From an uncultured delta proteobacterium (GTDB lineage: Bacteria > Myxococcota_A > Polyangia > Polyangiales > JAFGIB01), in NCBI GenBank assembly GCA_963778655.1, contig CAVZVA010000009.1:928001-992000 (forward strand): DNA of 64,000 bases. Reading direction: 5' to 3'. Of the stretch, positions 38,304 through 48,401 are shown one piece after another. The first letter of the stretch is position 1, and every line of letters starts with the position of its first letter. Under the pieces are notes generated by a model. The model ran no database searches, had not been told where the DNA came from, and saw nothing but the letters and a program-made list of their open reading frames with translations. The translations under genes were made by a program, and so were the position numbers.

Positions 38304-39575
38304 ATGATGACCGGAGAGAACCAGCCGCAACCGATCGCCACCGGAGACCTAGGCAAGACCCCGTTCGCCCACCTGGTGCTCTATCTCAACCGCGAGGGTC
38401 TGAGCGGGACCCTGGTGGTCGATCGCAGCGGCTTCGAAACGAAGATTCTGTTTCGCGCCGGCAAGGCCGTGGCGGCTCGCCCGCTGCCGAGAGGAACCGC
38501 GCTGCAGGAAGGGCTGCTCGAGCTGTGCGCGCTGGCCGACTCGCCTTATGCGTTCTGGGAAGGCGACCTGCTGGGCGACTCGCCGGGCGTGGTCAAGGGC
38601 ACCGTCAATCCGCTGACCTTCGTGGCGGACTCGTTGCGCGGCCACGTGCGTGAGGCCGTGGTTGTGTCGGTGCTGCAACGCTACCGCGGGGTCCGACTCG
38701 TGCTCGCCGCCAACGCCGACGTGCGCCGGCTGGGCCTGCACGGCCAGGCCGTGCGGCTGCTCGAGCGGCTGCGCGCCGTGCCAACCGCGCCCGAAGAGCT
38801 CGTCACGCGTCCTGAGCTGCCCACCGACGAAGCACGGCGCTTGTTGTACGTTGGGCTGGTCACCGGGCTGGTGGTCCCCGCCCAGGGCGCGCCGAGCAAC
38901 CGCTCCGGCGTACGCACGGCGGTGAGCTCGGCCCCGCCGCCCCCGTCCGAGCGAGTCTCCTCGCAGCCCGCGCGCTCGCCCTCGACGCCCTCGGCTCGCG
39001 CGCCGGGGTCGCTTTCGTCGCGCCCGAGCGCCTCCTCGCTGCCGGCCGCCGACCCGCGCGTTTCGTCGGCGCCGCGCCCTTCGCGCAGCTCGCTGCCCGC
39101 GTGGCAGCAACTCGCGTCGCTGCGGGCCGCCGCCCAAGGCAGCAGCATCCCGCCGGCGCGCGCGCCTACTCCGTCGATGGCGCCGCCGCCGCTCGAGGCG
39201 CTCGACGACGCGGGCAAGCTCAGGCGCGCCGAGCAATGGGTCGAGCGCCGCAACTACGCCGAGGCGATGCGGATCGCCGAGGAGCTGATTCAGCACGACG
39301 CGACCAATGCCGATCACGAAGCGCTGCGGGCGTGGATCCTGTACGCGCAGCTCACCGGCAACAAGCCGTCGCGTCTGCTGATCGAGGCCATCGACGCAGC
39401 CCTGCGGCTCGACCCCGAGCACCCGCGGGCGCTCTACATCAAGGGCATGGTGCTCAAGCGTCTGGGGCGACACCCCGAAGCGATACGGGCGTTTCAGCGC
39501 ACGCTCGAGGCAGACCCCAAGCACCTGGAGGCGCAGCGCGAGCTGCGCCTGGCCAAGATGCGACGCGAAAAGTAG
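38304..39575 (+). CDS. DUF4388/PATAN-like N-terminal domain, Ser/Pro-rich linker, C-terminal TPRs
   Basis: GDLGKTPFAHLVLYL...LSGTLVV; low-complexity S/P linker; TPRs ending ADPKHLEAQRELRL. Confidence 0.7.
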   Translation: MMTGENQPQPIATGDLGKTPFAHLVLYLNREGLSGTLVVDRSGFETKILFRAGKAVAARPLPRGTALQEGLLELCALADSPYAFWEGDLLGDSPGVVKGTVNPLTFVADSLRGHVREAVVVSVLQRYRGVRLVLAANADVRRLGLHGQAVRLLERLRAVPTAPEELVTRPELPTDEARRLLYVGLVTGLVVPAQGAPSNRSGVRTAVSSAPPPPSERVSSQPARSPSTPSARAPGSLSSRPSASSLPAADPRVSSAPRPSRSSLPAWQQLASLRAAAQGSSIPPARAPTPSMAPPPLEALDDAGKLRRAEQWVERRNYAEAMRIAEELIQHDATNADHEALRAWILYAQLTGNKPSRLLIEAIDAALRLDPEHPRALYIKGMVLKRLGRHPEAIRAFQRTLEADPKHLEAQRELRLAKMRREK

Positions 39576-39606
39576 GCGGCCGGGCGGACACCCGGCCCTC
39601 CCGCGC

Positions 39607-40791
39607 TCAACAGATTTCGAACAGCCCGGCGGCACCCATACCGCCGCCGATGCACATGGTGACGACCGCGTATTTGGCCTTGCGCCGCTGGCCCTCGATC
39701 AACGCGTGGCCGGTCATGCGCGAGCCGCTCATGCCGTAGGGGTGGCCGATCGCGATCGCGCCGCCGTTGACGTTCAGGCGCTCCATCGGGATGCCGAGCT
39801 TGTCGCGGCAGTAGATCACCTGCACCGCAAACGCCTCGTTGAGCTCCCACAGGTCGATGTCGTCGACCTTCAAGCCGTTGCGCTTGAGCAACTTGGGGAT
39901 CGCGAATACCGGTCCGATGCCCATCTCGTCGGGCTCGCAGCCGGCCACTGCCAGCCCGCGGTACAGCCCCAGCGGCGAAAGCCCGCGCTTGGCGGCCAGC
40001 GAGCGCTCCATCAGCACGCAGGCCGAAGCCCCGTCCGAGAGCTGGCTGGCGTTGCCGGCGGTGATGAAGCCACCTTCGCCGCGCACCGGCTTGAGGCTCG
40101 CCAGCCCCTTCAGGCTGGTGTCGGGCCGGTTGCCCTCGTCGCGGGTCAGCGTGACCTGCTCGTAGCTGACCGCCTTGGTCTCCTTGTTCACGTTCGCGCG
40201 CGTGGTCGCAAGCGGCACGATCTCGGCGTCGAGCTTTCCTTCGCGCTGCGCGGCCGCGATGCGCATCTGGCTCTGGTAGGAGTACTCGTCCTGCGGCTCG
40301 CGCCCGATCTTGTAGCGCTTGGAGACGATCTCGGCGGTGTCGATCATCGGCAGGTAGAGCTCGGGCTTGGTCTTCAGCAGCTGCGGGTCCTGCGCCCGGT
40401 AGCGGTTCTGGTGCTCGTTCTGCACCAGGCTGATCGAGTCGATTCCGCCTCCCACCATCACGTCGACGCCGTCGCACACGATGGTCTTGGCTGCGGTCGC
40501 GATCGCCATCAGCCCCGAGGAGCACTGGCGATCGACGCTCATGCCTGCGGTGGTCACGGGCAGCCCTGCAGCCAGCGCGCACTGGCGCGCGACGTTGAAA
40601 CCCTGCGTGCCCTGTTGCAGCGCGGCTCCCATGATCACGTCCTCGACTTCCTGCGGATCGAGGCGGGCGCGCTTGACCGCCTCGCGGATCACGTGCCCGC
40701 CGAGGCTGGGCGATTCAGTGTTGTTGAAGGCGCCGCGAAACGCCTTGCCGATCGGCGTGCGGGCGGTGGACACGATCACGGCTTCTCTCAT
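39607..40791 (-). CDS. Acetyl-CoA C-acyltransferase (thiolase)
   Basis: [33 protein letters not shown] and CIGGGMG. Confidence 0.93.
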   Translation of the reverse strand: MREAVIVSTARTPIGKAFRGAFNNTESPSLGGHVIREAVKRARLDPQEVEDVIMGAALQQGTQGFNVARQCALAAGLPVTTAGMSVDRQCSSGLMAIATAAKTIVCDGVDVMVGGGIDSISLVQNEHQNRYRAQDPQLLKTKPELYLPMIDTAEIVSKRYKIGREPQDEYSYQSQMRIAAAQREGKLDAEIVPLATTRANVNKETKAVSYEQVTLTRDEGNRPDTSLKGLASLKPVRGEGGFITAGNASQLSDGASACVLMERSLAAKRGLSPLGLYRGLAVAGCEPDEMGIGPVFAIPKLLKRNGLKVDDIDLWELNEAFAVQVIYCRDKLGIPMERLNVNGGAIAIGHPYGMSGSRMTGHALIEGQRRKAKYAVVTMCIGGGMGAAGLFEIC

Positions 40792-41163
40792 CGTGGGCTC
40801 CAATCTTTCGAGACGTTCGGGTGCTCGGCGGTCGAGCTTCGCGAACGTAGCGAGTCGTCCGCGATTCGCAACAAGGACGCGGCACGGCGCGGTCGCCGGG
40901 ACCCGGGGCACACCCGGCCATTTTGAAATTTTCCATGTAGGGAGCACGGCAGCAGGCATCCGCTGGCCCCGGAGTCGATCGTCCTTGCGCGCCTGCCGGC
41001 CCGGGGCCAATTGCGAGCGGACTCACCGCCGAGCGCAAAAGTCATTTCCTTCGTCCCCGCGGCTCCCTATGCTGGGCGACCCTGTCTTCGGGGGGGGCCT
41101 CGGAGCGGCCGCGTTGTGCGCTCCGATCCGAATCAACCGCACGCCGCGATTGTCTGTGGCTCG

Positions 41164-42942
41164 ATGACTCAGACCCCGCAATTCGAGACGCTCGTGGCCA
41201 TGTTCGAGCACGCAGTCGCCGAGCACGGTAGCCGGCCGGCGTACGGCAGTCTGCGCGGCGGCCAGTGGGAGTGGGCGAGCTATGCGCAGCTCGGAGAGCT
41301 GGTCGCGCGCTGCCGCGGGGGGCTGGCTGCGCTGGGCCTCGGACGCGGCGACCGCGTCGCCATCATCACCGGCAACCGCCTCGAGTGGGTGGTCGTGGCG
41401 CACGCCTGCTACCAGCGGCGCGCGATCTTCGTGCCGATGTCAGAGGTGCAGGCCGAGTCCGAGTGGCGCTACATCCTGGCCGACTCCGGCGCGCGCATGT
41501 GCTTCGCCGCCACAGCAGCGATTGCGAGCCGGGTCAGCGCGCTGCGCGAGGACCTGCTCGACCTGCAGTACATCATCAACCTGGAGGCGCCGGAGCACGA
41601 CGAGAGCTCGTTTGCGCGCCTGCTCAAGCTCGGGGCCGAGCGCCCGATCAAGACCCGCGAGCCGCTGCCAGGCGACTGCGCCACCGTGGTCTACACCTCC
41701 GGTACCACCGGTGAGCCCAAAGGCGTGCGCCTCACTCACGCCAACCTCGCGGTCAACGCCTGCGCCCGTGCGGAGGCACGCGATTATGGCAGCGATCCGC
41801 TCTCGATGTCGTTTCTGCCCTGGGCGCACGTGTTCGGCGGCCACGTCGAGCTCAACGTGATGCTGGCGGTCGGCGGCGCGGTCGCGATCTGCGCCAGCGC
41901 CGACGAGCTGTTCGCGCAGATGCCGCAGGTCAAGCCCACCGTGCTGTACGCGGTGCCGCGGATCTGGACCCAGATCTATCACGAGATCCAGCGCGATCTG
42001 GCGGCCGAACCCGATATGAGCCGGCACATGTTCGACGACGGCATCCGCCTGCTGCAGCGCCAGCGCCGCGGTGAGAGCCTCAAGCTGACCGAGCGCATCT
42101 TCCTCAACATGGCCGACAAGCTCGTGATCTCGAAGCTCAAGGCGCGCTTTGGCGGCAAGCTGCGACTGGCGCTGTCCGGCGCCGCGGCGCTGCCGATCGA
42201 AGTGGCCGAGCTGCTGCACAACATGGGGGTGACCATCTGCGAGGGTTACGGCCTGACCGAGTCGAGCGGCTCGAGCACCACCAACCCGACCGACGCGCCG
42301 CGTTTCGGCTCTGTCGGCAAGCCGATCCGCGGCACCCGCGTGGAGATCGACCGCAGCATCGCCGAGGCCGAGGACTGCGAGCACAACGAGGGCGAGGTGG
42401 TGATCTACGGGCCGGGGGTGATGCAGGGCTACCACAACCAACCCGAAGCGACCGCGCGGGCGTTGACGGCGGATGGGGGGCTGCGCACCGGTGACCTCGG
42501 CTACCTCGACGAGGACGGCTATCTGTACATCACGGGGCGCATCAAGGAGCTGTTCAAGCTCAACAGCGGGCGCTACGTGGCGCCGGCCCCGCTCGAGGAG
42601 AAGCTCAAGCTGAGCCCGTTCGTGTCGCACTGCATGGTGTACGGAGCCGGACAGCCCTACAACGTGGCGCTGATCGTGGCGGACGTTCCCGCGCTTCGCG
42701 CGTACCTGGCGCGCGAGGACGCCAGCCCCGACGAGCTGATCGCCGATCCGCGGGTGCGGCGCCTGTACGACGACGAGATCCTCAAGCACAGTCGCGATTT
42801 CAGGACCTTCGAGGTGGTGCGTAGCTTCTGGCTGGTCAGCGAGCCGTTCACACGCGAAAACGGCATGCTCACGCCGACGTTGAAGCTGTTGCGTCGCAAA
42901 GTGCTCGAGCGCTACGAGACGCGCTTGAAGTCGTTGTATTGA
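41164..42942 (+). CDS. Long-chain fatty acid-CoA ligase (FadD15/ACSBG-like)
   Basis: YTSGTTGEPKG, EGYGLTE, LRTGDLG, GRIKELFK and LTPTLKL. Confidence 0.9.
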   Translation: MTQTPQFETLVAMFEHAVAEHGSRPAYGSLRGGQWEWASYAQLGELVARCRGGLAALGLGRGDRVAIITGNRLEWVVVAHACYQRRAIFVPMSEVQAESEWRYILADSGARMCFAATAAIASRVSALREDLLDLQYIINLEAPEHDESSFARLLKLGAERPIKTREPLPGDCATVVYTSGTTGEPKGVRLTHANLAVNACARAEARDYGSDPLSMSFLPWAHVFGGHVELNVMLAVGGAVAICASADELFAQMPQVKPTVLYAVPRIWTQIYHEIQRDLAAEPDMSRHMFDDGIRLLQRQRRGESLKLTERIFLNMADKLVISKLKARFGGKLRLALSGAAALPIEVAELLHNMGVTICEGYGLTESSGSSTTNPTDAPRFGSVGKPIRGTRVEIDRSIAEAEDCEHNEGEVVIYGPGVMQGYHNQPEATARALTADGGLRTGDLGYLDEDGYLYITGRIKELFKLNSGRYVAPAPLEEKLKLSPFVSHCMVYGAGQPYNVALIVADVPALRAYLAREDASPDELIADPRVRRLYDDEILKHSRDFRTFEVVRSFWLVSEPFTRENGMLTPTLKLLRRKVLERYETRLKSLY

Positions 42943-44031
42943 ACGGGCGGTCGCGGGGGCGACAGGCGGAGCGAGGTGTCGAGGTGGTCGAGGAGCTGAG
43001 CGACGCGGAGAGCACGCTGAAGATCGACGAGGCGGCGCTCGGCCGCTACCTGTCCGGGCGCGTGCCGGACTTCGGGGGCGAGCTGCGCGCGCGCCAGTTC
43101 GCCGGCGGGCAGTCCAACCCGACCTACCTGCTCGAGGGCGCGGGCCGCAGGCTGGTGCTGCGCAAGAAGCCGCCGGGCAAGCTGCTGCCCACGGCCCACG
43201 CGGTCGACCGCGAGCAGCGCGTGTTGCGCGCCCTCGCGGACAGCGAGGTGCCGGTGCCCGAGGTGTACCTGTATTGCGACGACCCCGCGATCATTGGCAC
43301 CGAATTCTTCGTGATGCAGTACCTGGAGGGACGCGTCTTCTGGGACTCGACCCTGCCGCAGGCCGCGCCCGCCGAGCGCGCCGCGCTGTATGCCGAGATG
43401 AGCCGCGTGCTGGCCGCGCTGCACCGGGTCGACTGGGTCGGGCGTGGCCTCTCGGACTTCGGTAAGCCCGGCAACTATTTCGAGCGCCAGAATCCGGCGC
43501 TGGACGCAGCAGTATCAGGCCGCCAAGACCGACGAGATCGAGAGCATGGAGCGCCTGCTCGAGTGGCTTCCCGCGCACGTTCCGCAAGACGACCAGACCT
43601 GCCTGGTGCACGGCGACTTCCGGCTCGACAACATGATCTTCCACCCGCGCGAGCCCCGCGTGCTAGGGCTGCTCGACTGGGAGCTGTCCACGCTCGGACA
43701 TCCGCTCTCGGACCTGGCCTACAACTGCATGCCCTACTACTCCACGTTCCGCGCGCCGGTCCCGCTGGCCGACGTGGCGGGCCCCGAAAGCGGCATTCCG
43801 ACCGAGCGCGAATACCTCGAGCAGTACTGCCGGCGGGTTGGGCGCGCGCCGATCGAGGACTTCGGCTTCTACCTGGCGTTTTCGTTCTTCCGCTCCGCGA
43901 GCATCGTGCAGGGCGTGTACCACCGCGGCCTGCAGGGCAACGCGAGCAGCGCGCAGGACGCGAAGCTGATGCACGCGCGCGCGCTGCAGGCCGCCCAGAT
44001 AGGCTGGCGGCTGGCTCAAGCCTCGCGCTGA
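42939..44031 (+). CDS. APH/choline-kinase-family phosphotransferase (ACAD10/11 N-terminal type), one frameshift at ~43491
   Basis: GGQSNPTY and LRKKPPGKLLPTAHAVDRE in the first frame; HGDFRLDN and LDWELSTLGHP in the second. An extra A in CAG-A-ATC joins them. Confidence 0.85.
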
Positions 44032-45179
44032 GCGGACGCCGTTTCGCGGGCGCGCGCCCGGAGCGCAGGCACCACCAGCAACGCCTCGAGCGCGGCCAGC
44101 AGCGCCCAAGGAGCCCAGCGGCTCGGGGCACCCGCGCGATTGTCCGCCTGTGCGAGCGCGTCGGCGTACGGTTGTGAACCGCGGCTGGCGTCGAATCCGA
44201 GCAGCGAGCGCGTGCCGATGAAGACCAGCGGCAGGCCGCGAAAGCCCGCGCGCCGGACCGCCGCCATCTGGCGCTCGATGCGGGCGTCGGTCGCCGGGTC
44301 GCCCAGGCAGCGCGCGAACGCGGCGGCGTCGAGCCCGAGCGCGGCGGCGTAGCGCTGCGTGGCGGGTGCCGAGAGATCGGGCGCCGCGAACAGGCGATCG
44401 GCCATCGCCTCGCCATGGCCCTGGTCCTGCGCGCACAGATAGGCGTGCGCTGCCTCCCGCGCGTGCCGGTGCAAGGGCAGCGGGAAGGTGATGCGGACGA
44501 AGTTCACCCGGTCGCGATAGGGCGCGAGCGCGCGCATCAGCGCCGGATGCATTGCACGGCAATATGGGCACTCGAAGTCGCTGACCTCGACGACGTTGAG
44601 CTTGCCGGCAACGGACGCGGCGCGCACGTAAGCCGGCAGCGGCGGCGCCGGCGTCGCGCGCGCGAAGGCGGCCGGGATGCCGGCGGCGAGCAGCAGCGCC
44701 GCGCCCCACAGCGCGCGACTGCCCGCGCGCGGTGCTGGCCAGCGCTCGCGCCCGCGCAGCAACGGCAGCGCGAACAGCCCCGCGCCGAGCGCAGCGGCGT
44801 CCGCGCCCACGCACACGCGGCAGAACGCGCCGATCACGAGGCCCTGCAACAGCAGTAGGGTGGCGCCCGCGACGCCGGAGCTGATCGCCGCCGCGACCGC
44901 AAACAGGCGCGCCGAGGGACGCTGCGCCAGGGTCGCCGCCAGCACCAGCGCGAAACCCAGCAGACCGAGCGCGGGCAGCGCCACACCCAAGCTCTGGCCC
45001 AGCCCTGAGCGCTGCACCGCGTCGCAGCCTGAGCCCTGGGCGCAGAACGCGTGGACCGCGCCGTAGCGTTCGATGGCCGCGGCCGAGGAGCAGGCCAGGG
45101 CGACCAGGCAGCACAGTCGCAGGCCGGTCACTAGGCGGCCCGCGCGCGCGTCGCTCGGAGCCTCAGCGCGTGCGCTCAT
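44016..45179 (-). CDS. VKOR-family membrane domain fused to DsbA-like thioredoxin
   Basis: FCAQGSGCDAV and CRVC (VKOR); SDFECPYC and GLP (DsbA/Thioredoxin_4). Start is ATG 45179. Confidence 0.85.
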   Translation of the reverse strand: MSARAEAPSDARAGRLVTGLRLCCLVALACSSAAAIERYGAVHAFCAQGSGCDAVQRSGLGQSLGVALPALGLLGFALVLAATLAQRPSARLFAVAAAISSGVAGATLLLLQGLVIGAFCRVCVGADAAALGAGLFALPLLRGRERWPAPRAGSRALWGAALLLAAGIPAAFARATPAPPLPAYVRAASVAGKLNVVEVSDFECPYCRAMHPALMRALAPYRDRVNFVRITFPLPLHRHAREAAHAYLCAQDQGHGEAMADRLFAAPDLSAPATQRYAAALGLDAAAFARCLGDPATDARIERQMAAVRRAGFRGLPLVFIGTRSLLGFDASRGSQPYADALAQADNRAGAPSRWAPWALLAALEALLVVPALRARARETASAQREA

Positions 45180-45705
45180 CTCCGACCGTGACCAGCGCGA
45201 GCTCGACCATGAGGTCGTCGGCCAGACCTTCGAGCGTGGCCTTGAGCTCCGAGACCGCGACCTCCGCCGGAACGCGGAGCAAGGCGGTGGCTCTGAAGAC
45301 CTGTCCGCCTCCCATAGGCGCGTCCTCGCAGGATGTGTGCAGCTCGTCGACGTTGACCTTGCGCAGGGCGAGGGCGCGCGAGATGTCGCGCACGATGCCT
45401 TCGCGGTCGCCGCCCACCAGCTCCAGGCGCAGGCGGCGCGCACCGCCACCCTCCGGCTGCGGCGCATCGGAGGGCTCGATCACGATGCGCAGCCCTTCGC
45501 GCTCGAGATCCTGCAACGCGCGGCCCAGTGCGGCGGCCCGCTCGCTGGCGACGCTCAGTCGCAGCACGCCCGCAAACTTGCCCGCGAGCCGAGCCATCCG
45601 GCTCTCCTCCCAGTTGCCGCCGTGCGTGGCGACCTCTGCAGCCAGCGCCTGCACCAGCCCCGGCCGGTCGCGACCGATCAATGTGAGCACGAGCTGCGAC
45701 CTCAC
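45163..45705 (-). CDS. GcvR-like double ACT-domain protein
   Basis: LVLTLIGRDRPGLV...GGNWEESRMARLAGKFAG, with a second ACT LVGGDREGIV. GTG start at 45705. Confidence 0.85.
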   Translation of the reverse strand: MRSQLVLTLIGRDRPGLVQALAAEVATHGGNWEESRMARLAGKFAGVLRLSVASERAAALGRALQDLEREGLRIVIEPSDAPQPEGGGARRLRLELVGGDREGIVRDISRALALRKVNVDELHTSCEDAPMGGGQVFRATALLRVPAEVAVSELKATLEGLADDLMVELALVTVGDERTR

Positions 45706-45830
45706 GCGTCGACTCCTCTCTCGCGTGCAGCTGGCGAGCGTACCCGCGGGCTGCGATAGCTCCGGCCACCGCGGCCGGGCGACAGCCTGGCACGGCCGGG
45801 CGGCGGACGCCAAGGCGCTGATGTCACCCG

Positions 45831-45993
45831 GTACCTCGACACAGAGGACTTGACCGGTTCCTGGCTTGTCCTTCGCCTCCGTGGCGGCGTTGCGGAGGCT
45901 TGAAATACAGTCGAGCATTCCCGCGTCCCCGCGCCTTGCCACGAGGCCGAAACCCTGCGCCATCAACCGATCAGATCCCCTGTGTCGAGGTAC
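45831..45993. mobile_element. MITE-like palindromic element A (163 bp, ~29 bp terminal inverted repeats, GTAC ends)
   Basis: Left arm GTACCTCGACACAGAGGACTTGACCGGTT versus reverse complement of the right arm GTACCTCGACACAGGGGATCTGATCGGTT; inner arms also pair. Confidence 0.65.
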
Positions 45994-45999
45994 TAGAAA

Positions 46000-46170
46000 C
46001 TAGAGCACCGAACATATTGAAACGTGTGCGAAGTCGGGGTCATGGCGGGATGCAGGGTGCGGGCGGGAGCCCGAAGGCGTGGTCCATCCTACGTCGAGCG
46101 GGGAGCACGCGTGCCATGCGCCCGCGAGGGCCCCGAAATCGTGCGAGTTTCAATATGCTCGGTGCTCTAG
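46000..46170. mobile_element. MITE-like palindromic element B (171 bp, 24 bp terminal inverted repeats with 1 mismatch, CTAG ends)
   Basis: CTAGAGCACCGAACATATTGAAAC ... GTTTCAATATGCTCGGTGCTCTAG. Imperfect pairing continues to about 60 bp. Confidence 0.7.
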
Positions 46171-46171
46171 C

Positions 46172-47698
46172 TCAGCGCCGCCGCCTTCGAGTGAGCCACA
46201 GCGCGAGCGCGCCCAGCGCCAGCAGGGTGGCGTCGGGCCGCCGGTCTCCGGCGCGCACCGCGCACCCGCCACCGTGCTGGCTGCTCGCGGTGCCGCCCGC
46301 CGTGCCGCCGCTGCCCGCACCGACCGGCGTCGTGCCCGCGGCACCGCCGCCACCGCTGCCGCCGGATGCGCTGGGCGTGCCCGCGTCCGGCGCGGGGCCT
46401 CCACCCGTGCCGCCGACGCCGCCGGCGCCGCTTGGCATCATCATGCCCGGCAAGCCCACGCCAGGCGGGACCGGGCCTCCGCCGTAGACGTCGTACATGC
46501 CGAGGATCTCGTATTCCCAATCCTTCCAAAGCATCTCGCAGGTGGTCGCCGTCGGTGCTGCGGCGTCGCACTGCACGGGCTCGGTGACCTGCGGAAAGGC
46601 CAGCACGGACTCGAAGCTGTCGCCCGCGTTCGTCGAGCTCGCGAGCCCGTCGGTGTTCATGTTGCCGCCGTACCAGCCAGCCGCCCACAGCGTGGAACCT
46701 TGCGTGCCCACGAAGGTCATGCGGTCGGGGCCGGGGACCTGCGCGAAGGTCTGCCCCGCGTCCGTGGAACGCCAGAGGCCGGCGATCGCCGCGACCCACG
46801 CGCTGGTACCGTCGGCGCTGAAGGCCGCGCCGAAGATCTGTTCGACGGTGAGCACGCTCGAGAAGTGCTGTCCTCCGTCGCTGCTCCGTAGCAGCCGATC
46901 CATGTGGGCAGCGTCGTTGCTGTCCTGCGCGCGGGCCAGCAGCACGTTCGGATCACCCGGGCTCACGGCGAGCAGCTGCAGGTCGACCTCATTGTCTTGC
47001 AGCGCGATTTCCGCGCGCGTGAAGCTCATGCCCGAGTCCTGCGAGCGCGCGACGTAGTGCGTGAAGTTGCCGCTGGTGTCGAGGACCTCGCCGGAATAGT
47101 AAAGGTCGCTCGCGGACGAGGGCGCCACGAACACCTCCTGGATGAAGTCGTCGTCTGCCACGCTGGTCAGCGGCGTCCAGGTAGTGCCGCCGTCCTCGCT
47201 GATCTGGAGCCCGCTCTGCCCCGTCCCGTAAGTCGCCAGATAGAGCCGCTTTGGGGCCGAGGGATCCTGCGCGAGGGCGGGTGTGGCTAGCGAGCCGAAC
47301 GGAGCTACCGGTTGCCAGCTGCATCCACCATCGGCCGTGGCCCGCAGCCCCGAGGAGGTCGCCACCAGCAAGCGCCCATCCGGCGCGTATGCGAAGTCGG
47401 GCTGTTCCGAAGTGTTGATGCCGAGTGCCTCGTTGCACATCAGGCGAAAGGGTCCCTGGGCCGAGTCGCCGAAGATCATGCCGCGATTGGTCAGCAGAGC
47501 GAGGTTCCCGTTCGTGCTGCGTGCCAGGCTCAAGATTTGCGGCGGGGCGTGTGCGAACACCGGCGCCGCGGTCCACGACACCCCGGCGAGCAGCGCCGCT
47601 TGCAAACACGCGCACGCCCGTCTCCGCCGCCGCGCCGCTCGAGCCGGCCCGCGCGTGCCGCTGCAATCGTTCGTGCCCACACCCACATAGCTGCTCAT
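46172..47698 (-). CDS. BNR/Asp-box beta-propeller surface protein with MYXO-CTERM
   Basis: Repeated SxDGGxTW Asp-boxes (SEDGGTTW, SQDSGMSF, SSDGGQHF, STDAGQTF); C-terminal GGGCAV...LWLTRRRRR. Confidence 0.85.
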   Translation of the reverse strand: MSSYVGVGTNDCSGTRGPARAARRRRRACACLQAALLAGVSWTAAPVFAHAPPQILSLARSTNGNLALLTNRGMIFGDSAQGPFRLMCNEALGINTSEQPDFAYAPDGRLLVATSSGLRATADGGCSWQPVAPFGSLATPALAQDPSAPKRLYLATYGTGQSGLQISEDGGTTWTPLTSVADDDFIQEVFVAPSSASDLYYSGEVLDTSGNFTHYVARSQDSGMSFTRAEIALQDNEVDLQLLAVSPGDPNVLLARAQDSNDAAHMDRLLRSSDGGQHFSSVLTVEQIFGAAFSADGTSAWVAAIAGLWRSTDAGQTFAQVPGPDRMTFVGTQGSTLWAAGWYGGNMNTDGLASSTNAGDSFESVLAFPQVTEPVQCDAAAPTATTCEMLWKDWEYEILGMYDVYGGGPVPPGVGLPGMMMPSGAGGVGGTGGGPAPDAGTPSASGGSGGGGAAGTTPVGAGSGGTAGGTASSQHGGGCAVRAGDRRPDATLLALGALALWLTRRRRR

Positions 47699-47839
47699 TG
47701 CACCTCACCTCGACACGTTATCGCCCCACTACGTACATCCAACCAAATCGCGCGCTCAATGCAAGCATGTTAAGATTTCAATATGCCGAGAGTGGGCCAA
47801 GGGGGCTCGGTGTCGCACAGCGGCACAGCAGGAGGAACG

Positions 47840-48388
47840 ATGCACGGACGTGGGGAACAATCTCGCGGTTTCACCTTGGTCGAGCTGATGGTCACGATAG
47901 CAATTCTCGGGATCCTCGCTGCCCTTGCGATCCCCGCCTACATCTCGTACGTTGCGCGTTCCAAGAGCGCTGAGGTCTCGGCCAACCTCAGCAGCATGTT
48001 CAAGAGCGCCGCCGCCTACTACTCGGGCGATCTGTCGAAGCAGGGCATCACCTCGGGCGTCACCGGCTATTGCGTCGTAGCGGACGCGGGGCCCGATCCC
48101 AGCGGAGTGGGCGTCGCGAAGACGCGTTTCACGGGAACGGACCCGAGCTTCAACGCCCTCCACTTCACCATCTCCGACTTCGTCTACTACCAATACGGGC
48201 TGTACAGCACCTCCGGCGCCACGTCTACGTGCGGTCACAGCGCGAGCTCAAACCTCTACACTCTCTACGCCAACGGCGACCTCGACGGTGACGGGATCAT
48301 GAGCACGTTCGAGCTGGCGGTCGCATCCGACAAGGACAACACTCTGTATCACGCGCGCGGGATGTACATCGCCAACGAGATCGAGTGA
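47840..48388 (+). CDS. Type IVa pilin (PilA-like)
   Basis: Prepilin cleavage motif [32 protein letters not shown] at 47831, and a C-terminal GDLDGDG motif as in myxobacterial pilins. Confidence 0.92.
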   Translation: MHGRGEQSRGFTLVELMVTIAILGILAALAIPAYISYVARSKSAEVSANLSSMFKSAAAYYSGDLSKQGITSGVTGYCVVADAGPDPSGVGVAKTRFTGTDPSFNALHFTISDFVYYQYGLYSTSGATSTCGHSASSNLYTLYANGDLDGDGIMSTFELAVASDKDNTLYHARGMYIANEIE

Positions 48389-48401
48389 CCGCCCGCGATA
48401 G

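Noticed and set aside
43491..43492. Programmed frameshift or pseudogene in the phosphotransferase
   Set aside because: It is a single extra A with no slippery heptamer, both halves are intact, and similar indels hit gatA, so a sequencing error is likely.
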